Source: a virus. Taken from it: a stretch of DNA of 39,989 nucleotides. This document shows, piece after piece, positions 15,689 to 24,349 of the stretch. Numbering within the stretch: the first letter of the stretch is position 1; every line of letters begins with the position of its first letter. A model generated the notes under the pieces. The model saw nothing but the letters and a program-made list of their open reading frames with translations. It had not been told where the DNA came from and did no database searches. The translations under genes and the position numbers were made by a program. Where the stretch lies: IMG/VR virus record IMGVR_UViG_3300037473_000044. One strand, given 5' to 3'.

Positions 15689-15948
15689 GTGTGCCCGCCA
15701 AACCGGCCGACAATGACCTGTAACCCCGCCAGCAAGATCGACCCGCCGATGGTGTAGACCGCGAACTTGAGCACCGCAATCGCCACTTCAGCATTCCGCA
15801 CGCGGCCATTGGTCAGCAGCACCTGATTCGTCAACGTCGCCAGCGCCGTCTGGTTCTCGACGTGCATCCGCTGCTGTTTCTCATCCACCGAGGTGAACTT
15901 CGCCTCAATGAAGGTCTGGAGGGTGCGGATATCGTGTTCCATGAGCAT
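15685..15948 (-). CDS. XhlA-like coiled-coil protein with a C-terminal TM anchor
   Basis: ATG 15948 forms a TAATG overlap with the upstream stop (the track starts at 15987). The protein has a coiled N-terminus followed by FAVYTIGGSILLAGLQVIVG. Confidence 0.5.
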   Translation of the reverse strand: MLMEHDIRTLQTFIEAKFTSVDEKQQRMHVENQTALATLTNQVLLTNGRVRNAEVAIAVLKFAVYTIGGSILLAGLQVIVGRFGGHT

Positions 15949-16598
15949 TACGACAACGCGATCGCGTGACTGGAGGCGATGATCCAATTGGACACGCCAT
16001 CAGAGTTGAGGGTGATCGTCGGGAAATTCGGAGTCGACGACGTAGCCAGGGAGTAGTAGGACGCGACGCCATCGATCGTCTCGGCGCCGGACGGCGTGAC
16101 GCGCACCGTCGAGACCGATGACATGTTCTTGATAACCAGCGGTGTCCCACGGCTGGCACATGTCGGCAGTTGCAGCACGAAGGTGACATCCGCGCTGTTG
16201 ACCAGCACCGTGTTATCGGTGGTGGCGACGGTGTACGGCGAGGAAGTGGCCGTGCTGCCCTGCGACTGGATGACCGCCGACTGGGCCAGGAACGTCTGCC
16301 CGATGTCCTCTACGAACTCCTCGGAATACAGTTCGATGTCGTCGCTGTCCGTCACCACGACGCGGTAGCCGGTCGCCTGAATGAACACGGGAAACGGCGT
16401 GCGACCGTCCGCGTCCAGTTCAATCGGGTTCGTGTTGGCGTCGTCGCTGTTCTGGTCCTTATACGTCGACAGGGGCGTCTCTGGACTGCCGGTCTCGTAG
16501 AAGTAGACAAAGCCGCCCGCGTTGGGCACGAGCCCGTCGTCAGTGACCTTTAAGAAGCGGCGCTCCGTCCACGGGAGCATGGCAAGGGGGAGCGTCAT
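15948..16598 (-). CDS. Tail fibre / tail spike-like protein
   Basis: The N-terminus GGFVYFYETGSPETPLSTYKDQNSDDANTNPIELDADGR resembles conserved N-termini of phage receptor-binding proteins. The C-terminus is Thr/Ser-rich. Confidence 0.45.
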   Translation of the reverse strand: MTLPLAMLPWTERRFLKVTDDGLVPNAGGFVYFYETGSPETPLSTYKDQNSDDANTNPIELDADGRTPFPVFIQATGYRVVVTDSDDIELYSEEFVEDIGQTFLAQSAVIQSQGSTATSSPYTVATTDNTVLVNSADVTFVLQLPTCASRGTPLVIKNMSSVSTVRVTPSGAETIDGVASYYSLATSSTPNFPTITLNSDGVSNWIIASSHAIALS

Positions 16599-17926
16599 TC
16601 GGAGTCCTCGTCAGTCGATGAGGCCACGCCATGCACTAGCATGCGGAGCACGTTTTCAGGCACACGCGCCGCTTTCGACGCGCTGTTATAGAGGCCACGC
16701 GCGAGCATGGATTTCACGGCCGGCGACCGCTCCATAACGAACAGCAGCCCGGCGGTTGGATTTGCGGCCAGCCACGCCAGAGACAACGGGTCACGATTTC
16801 CGGCTTGGGCGATACGCTTCGCAATCGCCTCTTTAGCCGTGATGGCAGATCCTTCGCGCGCGTTGAGGGACGCGATGTCCTTACCGGCCTTTTTAGCTTC
16901 GGCCTCGATCTCTTCCTTCAGTCCACGGGCCAGTGCTTTCTGAGCTTCGATCTCTGGCCCCTTGAGTTCTCCGTACGCTTTTTCTTTCAGCGCGCGATAG
17001 GTGCCTGTTTTGAGATCCTGAGCTTCTGTCAGCGCCAACGGGCGCGAGACGCGCCCCATTACGGGCTCTGCCTTCGTGAGCATGCGGCCACTGGCGTCCA
17101 GCACGCCGGACGGGACTTGTTTAGTCCCGGTCTGAGCAAGCGTGGTGGTATTGCCTTGCCCGAGGAACCGCTTAGTGACGTTCTGGACCGCTGAGAGGTC
17201 AGCTTCGTTGTCTACCTGATTCGCTACGCGCGCGGCCACTGCCTGAGTGCGAGTCGCGACGTTCTCTGGCAAGACCGAGCCTGGAGTGTTCTCCAGAATG
17301 TCGCGGATCTCTTTGTTGGTGGCGCTCATGATCTTGTCGAGCTTGGCGATGCCGCCAGGCGTGACGTTGACCTTCTCTTTGAGGAGCGTCTTGACGATCG
17401 GCAAGTCTTCTGTAGGCACGCCCTTGGCGATGGCTGCGGCTGTGGCTTTCAGGCCAGGCTTAACCGCCGACTGCATGAGCGCCGAACCAACACGGCGCAT
17501 TGCTGGCGCCACGACGCCTCCGCCGACGAGCTCCATGCCGCCTTGAATGGCACCTTCCTTTGCCATTGAACCAAGCGCCTGACGCGCGCCCATCGGCTGG
17601 GCTGGGTCGTCCGTGAGCATGTTCTTCACGGCTTGGCCGGTCGCCCCACCGAGCGCCGCGCCAGCCGCCGCACCTGGGACAGCGCCGATACCGAGTCCGC
17701 CGGCTGCGCCGGCCAATCCGCCGATGATGCCGCCAGCAGCACCGGCCGCGGTCGGAATCCAGTCAATCGCGGTATCCATCCACGAGTGTTCTTTCGCCGG
17801 CTTAGGGTGGCCCGCGTTGGACTCCTGATAGAGCTTCGCCGCCGCCGCTTCAATCTCTTCCGGCTTCATCGTGTCTGGGAACGCGATGCGTCCGACGTTG
17901 GGGATTTCGATGATCTTGTCGGGCAT
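16595..17926 (-). CDS. Internal virion / ejection protein candidate
   Basis: The ORF is 443 aa and has a Gly/Ala-rich hydrophobic block (AAGAAGGIIGGLAGAAGGLGIGAVPGAAAGAALGG). It lies in a run of four large coupled genes where a podovirus encodes ejection proteins. Confidence 0.5.
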   Translation of the reverse strand: MPDKIIEIPNVGRIAFPDTMKPEEIEAAAAKLYQESNAGHPKPAKEHSWMDTAIDWIPTAAGAAGGIIGGLAGAAGGLGIGAVPGAAAGAALGGATGQAVKNMLTDDPAQPMGARQALGSMAKEGAIQGGMELVGGGVVAPAMRRVGSALMQSAVKPGLKATAAAIAKGVPTEDLPIVKTLLKEKVNVTPGGIAKLDKIMSATNKEIRDILENTPGSVLPENVATRTQAVAARVANQVDNEADLSAVQNVTKRFLGQGNTTTLAQTGTKQVPSGVLDASGRMLTKAEPVMGRVSRPLALTEAQDLKTGTYRALKEKAYGELKGPEIEAQKALARGLKEEIEAEAKKAGKDIASLNAREGSAITAKEAIAKRIAQAGNRDPLSLAWLAANPTAGLLFVMERSPAVKSMLARGLYNSASKAARVPENVLRMLVHGVASSTDEDSE

Positions 17927-19389
17927 TACTGCACCGGCTCGACTTTCCCCGTGGCCGGATTAAACCGCCCAGACGGAGGCGCTACCGTGCCGCCAGACTG
18001 CGACTGACCAGACTCTAGGTTGAAGTCCTCAAAGACGAGATCGCGCGGGATGTTGAAGTGGTCCGCACTGCGCCCGATACGCGCCTTGATGCTGTCGACG
18101 TAGCCGGTCGATTGCGCCTTGGCTGCTTCCTTTGCGAGTCGCGCGAACTTCTCGAGTTCCGCGAGCGGCACACCAGCGCCACCCTTAGCCAGTTGTTCCA
18201 TGTAGCCACGCACGCGGTTGTCGAGCGATTGACCAGCCGCCGAGCGCATGTACTCGGACTCACGAACCACCGAGGTTGGATCGAGAATCTTCTGGAATGT
18301 GACGAGAATCGCTTGCGCGCCCTGCGCCATGTCGCCGCGCCGCGCGGCCGCGAGGCCAGCATCCATGAGCTTGACTTGGCGGTTGAGCTCGACGGCAGGC
18401 TTAGAGGCGTTCTGCCACTGCGTATTCAGCCGATTCAGCACGTTAGACTCGGCATATGGCGTCATGCCGGCCGATCCGCCACTCGGCCGATCGTCGGCTT
18501 GGCCGAAGACTTTGCGCGCGGCTGTTTTTAGCCTCACGCGCTCAGGCGGCGACAGTTGCGCTGCGGTCTTGCCGATCTTGGCTGCTTCCGCTGCGAGGTA
18601 ATCCGCTTCAAAGCGGGCGTAATCAGATCCGCCGCTTCCCGCAGATGCTGCCGTCTGTCGCTCTTTTGGTGTCATCGACAGATCAGCCGCGCGTTGCGCT
18701 ACTTCCGGCTGGAACCGGTCCGCGAAGCCCATCTCGCGCAGTTTCGACGCCACGCCATGCACTTTGGCGAAGTCCAGCGCGTCCTCGTACTGCTGCTGAT
18801 CGTTGGCGAGCGAGATCAGGTTCAGCGCTTTCGTTTCGTCCTTCTCTTTGGATGCCAGGACGTCCTTGTATTTCGTGTTGTAGTCGGACCACGCCATGCC
18901 GGAACTCATCACGGCATCGACCTTGGCCGGGTCGTAGGTGGGGCCGAGCACTTCCGCCGCTTCCGGGTCAATCGTTCGGATACGCGAGAACGCCGCAGCG
19001 TAGGTGTCTGGCGTCACGCCCTGCAATGAGCGAGAGACAGCCGCAATCCGCTTCGTTTCCGCGTCCAGTTCCGAGGCCCGCGCGTCGGCGGCTTCCTTTT
19101 TCAACTTCGCGAAGCCTGATTGCACTTTCTGCGCGGCATCGGGCGCGATGCGGAACAGTTCATTGACGATGGCCGTCTGATCTGGGCCGTCCGGTCCCGT
19201 GTGTTTGGCGAAGACATCCTGAATCGCTTGGAGTTCCGTAGCCTCGCGCTGCTGCTTGTCCATCGCGAGCTTGCGCGAGTCGCGGATCATCTGCCGTTCT
19301 TCGCGTTGCGCGCGTGCTTCCGCGATCTCACCCAATGTGGCGAGCTTCGGCAGTTGCAGGTTCCCGTAGATCGAGGCGTCAATCGGCAT
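17926..19389 (-). CDS. Internal virion / ejection protein candidate
   Basis: The ORF is 487 aa, helical and charged, and coupled to its neighbours. Confidence 0.5.
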   Translation of the reverse strand: MPIDASIYGNLQLPKLATLGEIAEARAQREERQMIRDSRKLAMDKQQREATELQAIQDVFAKHTGPDGPDQTAIVNELFRIAPDAAQKVQSGFAKLKKEAADARASELDAETKRIAAVSRSLQGVTPDTYAAAFSRIRTIDPEAAEVLGPTYDPAKVDAVMSSGMAWSDYNTKYKDVLASKEKDETKALNLISLANDQQQYEDALDFAKVHGVASKLREMGFADRFQPEVAQRAADLSMTPKERQTAASAGSGGSDYARFEADYLAAEAAKIGKTAAQLSPPERVRLKTAARKVFGQADDRPSGGSAGMTPYAESNVLNRLNTQWQNASKPAVELNRQVKLMDAGLAAARRGDMAQGAQAILVTFQKILDPTSVVRESEYMRSAAGQSLDNRVRGYMEQLAKGGAGVPLAELEKFARLAKEAAKAQSTGYVDSIKARIGRSADHFNIPRDLVFEDFNLESGQSQSGGTVAPPSGRFNPATGKVEPVQ

Positions 19390-20487
19390 TTACAGGCTCT
19401 CGTCGTAGCCGACTGGGTTCTGGATGCCAGTCGTGCCACCGCTCGTGCGTCGCTTGAACAACCTGCTCCAGTCAATCTCACCAAGCGCATTCGCCAAGCC
19501 TCCGCCCGCGAGATTGGTGGCGTTGGCGCCGGCAATCGTGCCGGACGCGTTCGCGTTGGCCTGTCCGGTGTAGAGGTTGCCGACGTTGTTGGCGCCGGTC
19601 TGCGCGTTATTGGCGTAGCCCGACCCGAAGTTGCCCGTGGCTGTCGCCGCGTTCTGACCCATCTGCGCGAAGCCCGACAGCTTGTTGTAGGCGTTGTTCT
19701 GGTTGTTCCAGAACGAGTCGCGATTCATCTGGTATTCGTTGATGTCGCGGTTGTAGTACTTGTCGTTGTAGGTCGACGCGAGCCCTTGCGAGAAGATGTC
19801 GAGATCCTTCAACGCGCCGCCTGTCGCCACGGTCCCGCGTGCGGCCCTGTTCCGCTGAATCCCTTCGATCCCCTGCTGAAGCTGGAACTGATACGCCGGA
19901 TCGTTCTTGATCTCCTCTGGACTGCGCGCGTGAAACTGCTGCGTCCACGGTGCGGCGAGGCCAGGCGCGGAGAACGACGCGAGCGGCCCTGATCCATCAA
20001 GGCTGTAGCCCGCCGGCAGGCCACCCGTGGCGCCCGCGCCGCCGTCCGGACGCCAGCCGTCATCCGACCCATAGGCGAACCATGACGGGCTCGAGGAGTC
20101 CTCGCCGCCCATCACCTTGACCTTTTCGCCGTTGATGAGAAATTCGTTATTGCTCGGCGTGCCGTTGTAGTCGAACCGGTCTATTCCGAACTGCGTTTTC
20201 AGCGCGTTCGCCAGTTGCAAGTAGGAATCGCGCGTCGCCGGATGTGACGCCTGCCACTGGGCGATGAACGCGAGTGGATCGCCGCCCTGTGTCGTGCTGG
20301 TGGGGCTGGTCGTTCCCGTTGCGGTCGTCGGCGTCGCCGTGCCGCCACCGGCCGCGCCCCACGCACGGATAGCCCGTTCCTGCGCCGGCAGCAAGCCCAA
20401 CGAATTGTCAGACAGTTGCCCGTTCATGGGCGAGAGCGCCTGTTCCGGCGTCAGAATGAACTCGTACTGATCCCAGTAGTCGGCCAT
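19390..20487 (-). CDS. Internal virion / ejection protein candidate (Gly/Asn/Ala-rich C-terminus)
   Basis: The ORF is 365 aa and contiguous with its neighbours. Confidence 0.5.
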   Translation of the reverse strand: MADYWDQYEFILTPEQALSPMNGQLSDNSLGLLPAQERAIRAWGAAGGGTATPTTATGTTSPTSTTQGGDPLAFIAQWQASHPATRDSYLQLANALKTQFGIDRFDYNGTPSNNEFLINGEKVKVMGGEDSSSPSWFAYGSDDGWRPDGGAGATGGLPAGYSLDGSGPLASFSAPGLAAPWTQQFHARSPEEIKNDPAYQFQLQQGIEGIQRNRAARGTVATGGALKDLDIFSQGLASTYNDKYYNRDINEYQMNRDSFWNNQNNAYNKLSGFAQMGQNAATATGNFGSGYANNAQTGANNVGNLYTGQANANASGTIAGANATNLAGGGLANALGEIDWSRLFKRRTSGGTTGIQNPVGYDESL

Positions 20488-21107
20488 TAGGCCACCACCT
20501 GTCCGCCGTTTTGCACGGCTTCTTGCACCTTGTTGCTCGGGACGCGATAGAGCCGACCGTTGGGCGCTTTCACGCTGACGAGCGCGCCCTCACCGGCCAT
20601 CCCTGACGGTGCGCCATACGACGACTGTGTAATCGCCGCGCGCTGAGACACCGGATCGGGTTGACCAAACTGCGCGAGGGTGCGCGGTCCAGCCATGCCG
20701 CCAGTCATCACGCCCGTGGACGACGGATGGCGCTCAGTGGCTGGCGGCGCGGCATTGGCGGTGAGGCCAGACGGCACCGCACGGTTCACCGCCATCGGCG
20801 CGGCCGGCGCGGTGGGCGCAAACCCTAGCAAGCCGCCCAGCGTGGACGCCGCCTGTCCGCCCATGTCGCGGTAGGGCGCGAGGTCGTTGCGCTGCTGCTG
20901 ATACACGTCCGAGGCGATACCGGACGCCCGGCGCTGTTCCGCCATCGCGGCATCGGTGCCGGCCTGCTGCTGCGCGTTGGCTTTATCAACGGCTTCGTTG
21001 CTGCTGACACCCTGTGCGATGCCCTCGCCAATGGCAATCGATGCACCACCAGTCCATGGCGCCAGCGCATATCCAGCAATCCGAGGAACCCACGCTTTCC
21101 AGCTCAT
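20487..21107 (-). CDS. Internal virion protein candidate
   Basis: ATG 21107 (MSWKAWVPRIAGY) follows GAGG and lies 10 nt after the tail-fibre stop. It is in frame with track ORF 20487-21191. Confidence 0.5.
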   Translation of the reverse strand: MSWKAWVPRIAGYALAPWTGGASIAIGEGIAQGVSSNEAVDKANAQQQAGTDAAMAEQRRASGIASDVYQQQRNDLAPYRDMGGQAASTLGGLLGFAPTAPAAPMAVNRAVPSGLTANAAPPATERHPSSTGVMTGGMAGPRTLAQFGQPDPVSQRAAITQSSYGAPSGMAGEGALVSVKAPNGRLYRVPSNKVQEAVQNGGQVVA

Positions 21108-21117
21108 AGTCTGTGCC

Positions 21118-22314
21118 TCACTTCGCCACGCCGTAGACGCGGATCGTCCCGCTCGCGATGTTGCCGGTGGAGAACAAGAACTGAAACGCATTCACCGCCG
21201 TCGTGCTGTCGTAGACGCCCATCGGCATGTCTTCTTCCAACGCGCCGCTGCCGCCGCTTTGCATGAACGCCAGTTGCCCGTTCACCATCTTGCGAATGCT
21301 CGTGCTCCCAGGGCTATAGAGCGACAGCCGACCAATCACGCCCCACAGCCCGTTATTGCCGACGCTATCCGTCAGGATGATCTTCGTCGCGCCAGCGGAG
21401 GACACGACCGCGGTGCCGCTCGCGAGACGCCAATACCGATAGGTGTAGTTGCTACCGCTGTCGTACGTGGACCCGCCGTCCGTCGACACGCGCATCCACA
21501 AGAGCGCGTTATCGGTCGCCGGCACGATGTTGACGAACTCGATTAAGTAGTCGTCATACGACGACGTGATCGCCGTGGTGAAGTTCAAAGAGGCGGATGA
21601 CGACGCCGTGTGCTGCTCGAGCAAGGCCAGACCCGTCGTCGCGCCCGCCCCGTTCGACGCTGCCGTGACGCGGCCTTTCGCATCAACCGTGATGTTGGAG
21701 TTCGTGTAGCTGCCCGCCGACACGCCCGAGTTGGCAAGCGTCGTGGCCGTGCTGCCTGACGTGGTGACATCGCCGGACAGGTTGCCCACGCCGATGGCCG
21801 ATGAGCCTGCCCCTACGATGATCTGACCGCTGGTCAGCGTGACGCCCGTGGTCACGGTGCCAGACGAGGCGTTGAGCGTTGTCCCGCTCATGCTCAGTCC
21901 GGTCCCCAGCGTGATCTCGGCGTAGGGCGACCCTGAGCCCGCCGCGCCGCTGCCCAACAGCTTGGAGTTCGCGGAGGCGTTCGCAATTTTCGCCAGCGTC
22001 ACGGCGCTGTTGGCGATCGTCGTGGCGAGGGTGCCGGACGTCGTGACGTCACCCGACAGGTTGCCGTTGGTGATCGTGTTTGCGCCCGAAAACTTCGTCA
22101 GGTTGCCGTTGGCCGGCGATCCCGTCGTCGAGACGCCAGCCGCGTCCGCGATCTGGTGCCACGCCGTGTCATACAGGAACGTGTCGCCCGTGTCGGTCTC
22201 ATACCAGACGTAGATCGGCTGGATACCCGAGGCCGGCGACGGCGTGAACGCTAGACGCTCGGCGTTGGTGCCGTAGTGCTGAAATGTCTCGTATTGGATG
22301 TCGTTGGACATCAC
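21118..22314 (-). CDS. Tail fibre protein
   Basis: Repeated NLSGDVTTSG..ATT(I/L)ANS modules and ITVDAKGRVT are both characteristic of phage tail fibres. Confidence 0.75.
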   Translation of the reverse strand: MMSNDIQYETFQHYGTNAERLAFTPSPASGIQPIYVWYETDTGDTFLYDTAWHQIADAAGVSTTGSPANGNLTKFSGANTITNGNLSGDVTTSGTLATTIANSAVTLAKIANASANSKLLGSGAAGSGSPYAEITLGTGLSMSGTTLNASSGTVTTGVTLTSGQIIVGAGSSAIGVGNLSGDVTTSGSTATTLANSGVSAGSYTNSNITVDAKGRVTAASNGAGATTGLALLEQHTASSSASLNFTTAITSSYDDYLIEFVNIVPATDNALLWMRVSTDGGSTYDSGSNYTYRYWRLASGTAVVSSAGATKIILTDSVGNNGLWGVIGRLSLYSPGSTSIRKMVNGQLAFMQSGGSGALEEDMPMGVYDSTTAVNAFQFLFSTGNIASGTIRVYGVAK

Positions 22315-22754
22315 AGCACTCCCGTCTTGACGAGCATCACGGTCCCGCCGATGAACAGCACTTCACCGGGAATGGCGCCCGTGCTCATGGGCACGTACTG
22401 CTGCGCGAGCGTCGCCACTTGCGACCCGGTGCCCGGTCCAGCCAACACATCCCCCGTCAATTCGGTGATCCCAACATCGGTGATTGGCACGTCCTGCGCG
22501 AAGGTCAGCCGGCCTTTGGCGTCGACCGTGAACTGCGCGACGTTCTGCGCGTCGCCATACGTCCCGGTGGAGACGCCCGTGAGTGACAGCGTGGCGGTCT
22601 GCACGCCCGAGCCCGGTCCCGCTTCGACGTCCCCGATGAGCTGCGTAATCCCGAGCGCGGACAGCGCCTGCTGAAACAGCAAGAGCCACGGGCGCGTGAT
22701 CTTGCGCGTCGCGTCCACGAGGTCGTGCTGCTGAGGCGTGTACATGCTCGCCAT
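22311..22754 (-). CDS. Tail fibre-related protein (N-terminal adaptor-type module)
   Basis: ATG 22754 forms a TGATG overlap. It carries repeats IT(Q/E)L(I/T)GDV.AGPG(S/T)G...ATL and FTVDAKGRLT. Confidence 0.65.
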   Translation of the reverse strand: MASMYTPQQHDLVDATRKITRPWLLLFQQALSALGITQLIGDVEAGPGSGVQTATLSLTGVSTGTYGDAQNVAQFTVDAKGRLTFAQDVPITDVGITELTGDVLAGPGTGSQVATLAQQYVPMSTGAIPGEVLFIGGTVMLVKTGVL

Positions 22755-23239
22755 CAGTTGTTGCCGCCTTCGAGATCCAGGAAGCCCTGCACGATGACCC
22801 ACGCATTGGGCGAGTCACACACGAACTTGTAGGTGCGGTTGTAGGCCGACCCAAGCTGATACAGCCGCATCGGCGTGACGGTCTGCCCAATGGCGCCAGG
22901 CGACAGCTCGCGCGGCTGCTGTGTCCACGACACGCCGCCGTCGTCTGACGTGAACACGAGCATCGCGGGCGTGGCGCCGGGATCGGTCGCATTGCCGATG
23001 CCAGGCTGGCAGTCCAGTTGCAGCCGGCGATGAAACACGCGCTTGCCGTCCGAGAAAATCGTCGGCGTCACCCGTTCGCGCCGAATGCGGAACGTGGTCG
23101 TACTCGGCGTCACGGGTTCCGGTGGCGGCGGCACGTTCACATAGGCGAGGCGGATCGTCTGCTGAGCAATGCGCGCCGCCACGACCGGCGACACGCCGAC
23201 CCGGATCGTCTGCTGCGAAATGCGGCTGGTGTCGGCCAT
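22754..23239 (-). CDS. Hypothetical tail protein
   Basis: The ORF is 161 aa. It has an N-terminal internal repeat, ISQQTIRVG / IAQQTIRLA, and the DNA repeat CGGATCGTCTGCTG occurs at 23151 and 23202. Confidence 0.6.
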   Translation of the reverse strand: MADTSRISQQTIRVGVSPVVAARIAQQTIRLAYVNVPPPPEPVTPSTTTFRIRRERVTPTIFSDGKRVFHRRLQLDCQPGIGNATDPGATPAMLVFTSDDGGVSWTQQPRELSPGAIGQTVTPMRLYQLGSAYNRTYKFVCDSPNAWVIVQGFLDLEGGNN

Positions 23240-24346
23240 TTACGTGACCTTCTTTGGGCCGCACTGCCCGTTGTTGATTTCGGAGATCGTGAACGGGAGC
23301 CCCGTCGCCGGGTTGGTGTCGTACGGCTGAAACACGTAGCCGTAGCTCGTGCTGCTGATCGCCTGGGTAGGCCCCGTGTAGTTCGTCGACCCTTGACGCA
23401 GCGTGACCGCCATTGACGCGCCCTCGGCGCCCGTCTTTCGCACGTAGTTGCAGACCTGCACGAGCACGGGGTCGTTCGTGATGTCCTGATACGTGTAGAG
23501 GTCGAGATTGCCGGCCGTGCTGGTGGCGTTGTAGTCCGTGTCGCCGTTGGGCGGCACCTCATCGACACACTGCCAATTCGCGCCCGCGCTCGGCGTCCAC
23601 TGTGTCGAGTTGCCGGCGCCGTTCGGCAAGATGTAGCCAATAGACAGGTCGCCCAGATACGAGTTGTTAGGCGCGACGCCATCGAGGAAATACATGTCCG
23701 CCGCACGCACCGTCAGCAGCGGGGACGAATCGGACGACATGCCGAGAAACCGGATCGTGTTGTAGGCGGCCGGCGGTGGCTGGAACGGGAACATGTCCGA
23801 GCCAATGGGCGACGTGCGCCCGGTGAAGCTCAGGATCTGCGTGCCGTTGGCGAGAATAACGAACGTGCCGTCAGAGCCCTGACTGAGCGTCCAGATAAAG
23901 GCGAGTTCCACCCACTGACCGCTCACCACCGCAGCCAGACTGGTCTGCAAGGCACTGAGCACGCGATAGAACGTGAACGTCCCGTCTGAGTTAAGCGCCA
24001 CGCTGCAATTCGCCAGCGAGCCGTTCATGATCGTCAGAATCGTGCCTGTCGGCAGCAGGGAGTTCTGGATGGACCCTGCCGATGCGGTGATGTCGTCAAC
24101 CTTCAGTCGAATCACGAACACGCCAGACGCCTGTTGACTCCAGACGCCGGACTGGACATAGAGCGGCTGGAGCTGCAAGTACCCGCACGCCGCGTTCGCC
24201 TGCGTCGACACGCGCTTAATGCACGGCCCACCGCTCGGGCCATCCGTGGCCTCGATCGTGTACGTGCAATCGGTCGTATTGACGGTGTAGTTCTCGTCAA
24301 TCTCGGTCGTCGAGTAATCGTTGAAGCCGTCGACACGCAGAAGCAT
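23240..24346 (-). CDS. Hypothetical tail structural protein
   Basis: The ORF is 368 aa, looks beta-rich and lies in the tail gene block. Confidence 0.6.
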   Translation of the reverse strand: MLLRVDGFNDYSTTEIDENYTVNTTDCTYTIEATDGPSGGPCIKRVSTQANAACGYLQLQPLYVQSGVWSQQASGVFVIRLKVDDITASAGSIQNSLLPTGTILTIMNGSLANCSVALNSDGTFTFYRVLSALQTSLAAVVSGQWVELAFIWTLSQGSDGTFVILANGTQILSFTGRTSPIGSDMFPFQPPPAAYNTIRFLGMSSDSSPLLTVRAADMYFLDGVAPNNSYLGDLSIGYILPNGAGNSTQWTPSAGANWQCVDEVPPNGDTDYNATSTAGNLDLYTYQDITNDPVLVQVCNYVRKTGAEGASMAVTLRQGSTNYTGPTQAISSTSYGYVFQPYDTNPATGLPFTISEINNGQCGPKKVT

Positions 24347-24349
24347 GGG

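Noticed and set aside
19120-19992. 290-aa + strand ORF and other 100-240-aa + strand ORFs across 17600-21500
   Set aside because: These are shadow frames of the - strand ejection-protein genes, with Arg-rich translations and no coupling or RBS.
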